Origin: a virus
Taxonomy: Duplodnaviria > Caudoviricetes
Length of the DNA: 29,626 bases
IMG/VR virus record: IMGVR_UViG_3300027838_000029
Span: 1 to 29,626 of that record
Strand: one strand, 5' to 3'
Of this stretch, positions 27,054 through 29,626 are shown piece after piece. The translations under genes were made by a program, and so were the position numbers. The first letter of the stretch is position 1. Each line of letters begins with the position of its first letter. A model generated the notes under the pieces. It did no database searches, had not been told where the DNA came from, and saw nothing but the letters and a program-made list of their open reading frames with translations.

Positions 27054-27476
27054 TTATCGTACCGCTTCTAAAAGTGTTTGAAATGTTTGGAGTTCTGCTG
27101 GGAGATTTTCAACATAAAAGTTAATTACAATATTATAAGAATTTGATTCTGATACAGGACTGCACTCTACAGCAGTTACCCTAGCTCTAGGTTCAAAGTT
27201 ACCAATCATTTCTTCTATCGCTCTGGATAATTGATTTCCAGTTATAGGCCCAAAATTCTCAAAAAGTAAAGCTGGTACATTAGACCCAATCTCTGGATGG
27301 AACGGTTTGTCATAATGGTTTGTAAGTAACAAATTACGAACAGACCTTTTAACAGCAATTACATCAGTAACAGTAGTTACATCTCCTGTAACTGGATTTG
27401 CTGAAAAGTTCAAGTTCAAATCTTTGTAGACTCGACTTGATCTTTTCTCATTCTGTCTTGATGCATCCCATGCCAT
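27054..27476 (-). CDS. gp25: Baseplate wedge/sheath-initiator gp25
   Basis: YKDLNLNF..NPVTGDV...AVKRSVRNLLLTN..DKPFHPEIGS...LFE...IGNFEPRARV. Confidence 0.95.
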   Translation of the reverse strand: MAWDASRQNEKRSSRVYKDLNLNFSANPVTGDVTTVTDVIAVKRSVRNLLLTNHYDKPFHPEIGSNVPALLFENFGPITGNQLSRAIEEMIGNFEPRARVTAVECSPVSESNSYNIVINFYVENLPAELQTFQTLLEAVR

Positions 27477-27778
27477 TATAGTGTTGCTGTTCCGTTAGTG
27501 TTAAGTGCTTCTGATTCCTTATGTTCAGGATCATCCTTATCTTTGAACCAGTAGTCAGCTGTCTTAGTTAGGATGGCCACATATGTACCAACCAAAATAT
27601 TTACAATATCTCGATATGTCTCTCCGACTTGTGCAAAGAATAGTAAATACAATAATATAAAAAATGCACCGAATATTACTAGACTCAATACAAGTCTAGC
27701 CCAAAAGTTTAATTTCTTTCGTGCTTCGATTGATTTTTTTTGATCTTCTATTTTCATGTCTGTTTCTGTTTCTGTCAT
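27476..27778 (-). CDS. Small two-TM membrane protein, holin-like
   Basis: Two hydrophobic segments (LVLSLVIFGAFFILLYLLFF; IVNILVGTYVAIL) ending in DYWF, with charged termini; SD AAGGTGA; TAATG-coupled to gp25. Confidence 0.6.
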   Translation of the reverse strand: MTETETDMKIEDQKKSIEARKKLNFWARLVLSLVIFGAFFILLYLLFFAQVGETYRDIVNILVGTYVAILTKTADYWFKDKDDPEHKESEALNTNGTATL

Positions 27779-27805
27779 ATCACCTTATTAATGATTAATT
27801 GTTTA

Positions 27806-28132
27806 TTATGCATTTGCTCCAGCACCTACTGTCTTTGCTCCACCCACTATCTTGCAACCGCAATCTAATGAGTCTCCTATCCTTGCGACTTTTCTTTTAA
27901 CACCATCATCACAAGTTACTAAGGATGTTGGAGAGCCTTCAATAATCGTTCCAATTACAGGTGTAGATGGAGATGGTGAACCATGAGGCGCACACTTTGC
28001 ATCTATAGTCAACATAGGTTTGCCCTCAATGGTTGCCTTCTGACACAAAGATGAGCCTGGTAAAAATATTGAAGGTGCAAATGAACCATGTCCAGTTGTT
28101 TGATCACCTTCTCTTGCCATTGATCCTGCCAT
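27806..28132 (-). CDS. gp5.4: PAAR-repeat spike tip protein (T4 gp5.4-like)
   Basis: MAREGDQTTGHG...IEGKP...PH...IIEGS...VARIGDSLDCG. Start is more likely the ATG at 28132 (TAATG overlap with the upstream stop) than 28144 given in the track. Confidence 0.9.
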   Translation of the reverse strand: MAGSMAREGDQTTGHGSFAPSIFLPGSSLCQKATIEGKPMLTIDAKCAPHGSPSPSTPVIGTIIEGSPTSLVTCDDGVKRKVARIGDSLDCGCKIVGGAKTVGAGANA

Positions 28133-28908
28133 TATGTTTGCCACTCCGATAGTTCTGGAACTTTAGTTAGGGTACTATAAGCTTCTCTATAAGCTGTAAT
28201 ATATTTTTCCCTATCATTGTCATAATTATTTATAACACCTATCTTAAAGTCAAGTTCTATTGGTGTGCCTGACCAAGGCCCATCAGAGAAAGCGGCTAAG
28301 AAAAATTTCAGAGTAAATGTAATATAAAATATTCCCGGCCCACCCTTTTGTGTATTTCCATAACCAGAACTTCTTGCCAATCCAAAATCCGAACCATCAA
28401 AGAATGGGGGTTTATCTGTAGGTGTCCAAGGCACTACCCAATCATCTAATTCTGTTACCGGCCCAGTTATTGTTGCGGTTGTTGTTTGAATACCCACACC
28501 AGCAGATACAGTAGATGCACCTTGAACTATTGTAATCTTCACATCTGGAAAAATTGTATATGTTCCTGCACTAGTATTATTAGCAGCAGTACCAATACCA
28601 GATAATGATTCACTTTTACTTGTAGCAGGAACAGTCCATGAAGCTGGTATTGATATATCAGTAATCGAAATCATTGGCCCTGCAGCTGTTTCCAAACCAT
28701 CAGAAACAATTGTTACTGGTGGACTAGTTATAGGAGAATTTACCGTTTCTATACAAGTCATCGTTTCTGACATAGTAAAAGTACTACTAGTTGCAGTACC
28801 TATATTTTCCATACCACCAGCTGTCTTTGCACCAGCATTAGTCAAAGTCCCTGCAGCTGGTAAAGCTGCTATAGTATGTGTACCGACATTTGCGAGTCTT
28901 GCTGGCAT
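28132..28908 (-). CDS. Hypothetical beta-rich protein between gp5 and PAAR (position of T4 gp5.1)
   Basis: 258-aa Thr-rich ORF joined to both neighbours by TAATG overlaps; no motif recognised. Confidence 0.7.
   Translation of the reverse strand: MPARLANVGTHTIAALPAAGTLTNAGAKTAGGMENIGTATSSTFTMSETMTCIETVNSPITSPPVTIVSDGLETAAGPMISITDISIPASWTVPATSKSESLSGIGTAANNTSAGTYTIFPDVKITIVQGASTVSAGVGIQTTTATITGPVTELDDWVVPWTPTDKPPFFDGSDFGLARSSGYGNTQKGGPGIFYITFTLKFFLAAFSDGPWSGTPIELDFKIGVINNYDNDREKYITAYREAYSTLTKVPELSEWQT
28227..28234 (-). promoter_or_regulatory. Possible intragenic late promoter TATAAATA
   Basis: Exact consensus about 95 nt upstream of the PAAR start, but inside a CDS in AT-rich DNA. Confidence 0.4.
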
Positions 28909-29626
28909 TAGTTGAAACTGATTGAGGAACCACCTACAGTCATTGCACCAGTAGCCTTGATAGAACCAAGTGCAGTAATAGTTGTGGTAAGGTTAGCACT
29001 ATAAGTGTTAGTTACATCCTTAGTAACCTTTGCTGTTAAAGTTCCTGTAATAGCAACTTCATCATTTCCTGTAATAGTAGTCTTTCTTCCTCCGTCAAAT
29101 TTTTCAGTAACCATGTCTTTAACCCATACTCCCATAGTACCACCTACTGAAAGATTATAATTTCCCTTAACATAAGTGTCCATATTCCCAGCAGTAATGT
29201 TAGTAACATTTCCTACAGTCTTGATGATTACATTACCAGAACTATCAATCTCAATGAACGTACCCATTTTGTGGTATAGGTGTATTCGTTCATTTCCAGC
29301 AGTATCATCGAATTCAACATAGTGACCCGACTCCGTTTCAAAAACATGATTAGTAGGATACTTGGCATTTATTTGAGTAGAGGCTGGTTGGTCGGCAGTA
29401 CCAGTTGCAGTTGTCCAACCTTCATCAAGAGTATCTTTTTTTTCTCTTGAGGGGTGAGTATCAGTAGATTCCTGTGCTAGTAAATTAGTATCTGGTTTGT
29501 CTAGATAAAGCTCTGTAGGATATTTTGCATTTGGATCTACGAAACCCCCACCTTTAGAATATCCACCAGCTGCAGAACTAGATGCAACTGTAAAGTTAGT
29601 TTTTACAGGAGTATTCTTGCCAGGGA
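28908..29626 (-). CDS. gp5: Baseplate hub/central spike gp5 (5' end outside the window; no lysozyme domain)
   Basis: The 119-aa track ORF continues open to the window end: GFVDPNAKYP...DTNLLA...KYPTNHVFETESGHYVEFDDTAGNERIHLYHKMGTFIEID, then VxG-type beta-helix repeats and a terminal GSSISFN. Confidence 0.92.
   Translation of the reverse strand, partial: PGKNTPVKTNFTVASSSAAGGYSKGGGFVDPNAKYPTELYLDKPDTNLLAQESTDTHPSREKKDTLDEGWTTATGTADQPASTQINAKYPTNHVFETESGHYVEFDDTAGNERIHLYHKMGTFIEIDSSGNVIIKTVGNVTNITAGNMDTYVKGNYNLSVGGTMGVWVKDMVTEKFDGGRKTTITGNDEVAITGTLTAKVTKDVTNTYSANLTTTITALGSIKATGAMTVGGSSISFN

Noticed and set aside
27779-27805. AT-rich quasi-palindrome and degenerate promoter-like AATAAACA
   Set aside because: All-AT stem and two mismatches to the late consensus; expected by chance at this composition.
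28908-29267. 119-aa ORF as a standalone gene
   Set aside because: It starts at an internal Met of gp5; the frame is open to the window end and contains conserved gp5 motifs upstream.

Overview
AT-rich, gene-dense segment of a T4-like (Tevenvirinae/Kyanoviridae/marine pelagimyovirus-type) myophage genome. All real genes are on the minus strand and form the late virion module. In transcription order: gp5 (partial, no lysozyme domain), an unknown 258-aa gene, PAAR spike tip, a small holin-like membrane protein, gp25, gp6, gp7, gp8, a 2380-aa VrlC/DUF4815-type protein, two small conserved virion genes, then an array of fibre/adhesin genes with a fibre chaperone. The last fibre gene (tandem LamG domains) runs off the left edge and is absent from the ORF track. 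T4 late promoters (TATAAATA) punctuate the array. Most unusual points: (i) one ~70-aa Thr/Ser/Gly-rich beta module occurs six times, mostly nested inside loops of unrelated host domains; (ii) an apparently circularly permuted glycine-rich adhesin domain; (iii) codon-usage mosaicism inside a receptor-binding gene, suggesting conserved recombination blocks; (iv) an orphan ribosome-binding site with a 10-codon mini-ORF. Family assignments come from motif recognition by eye, not from database searches.
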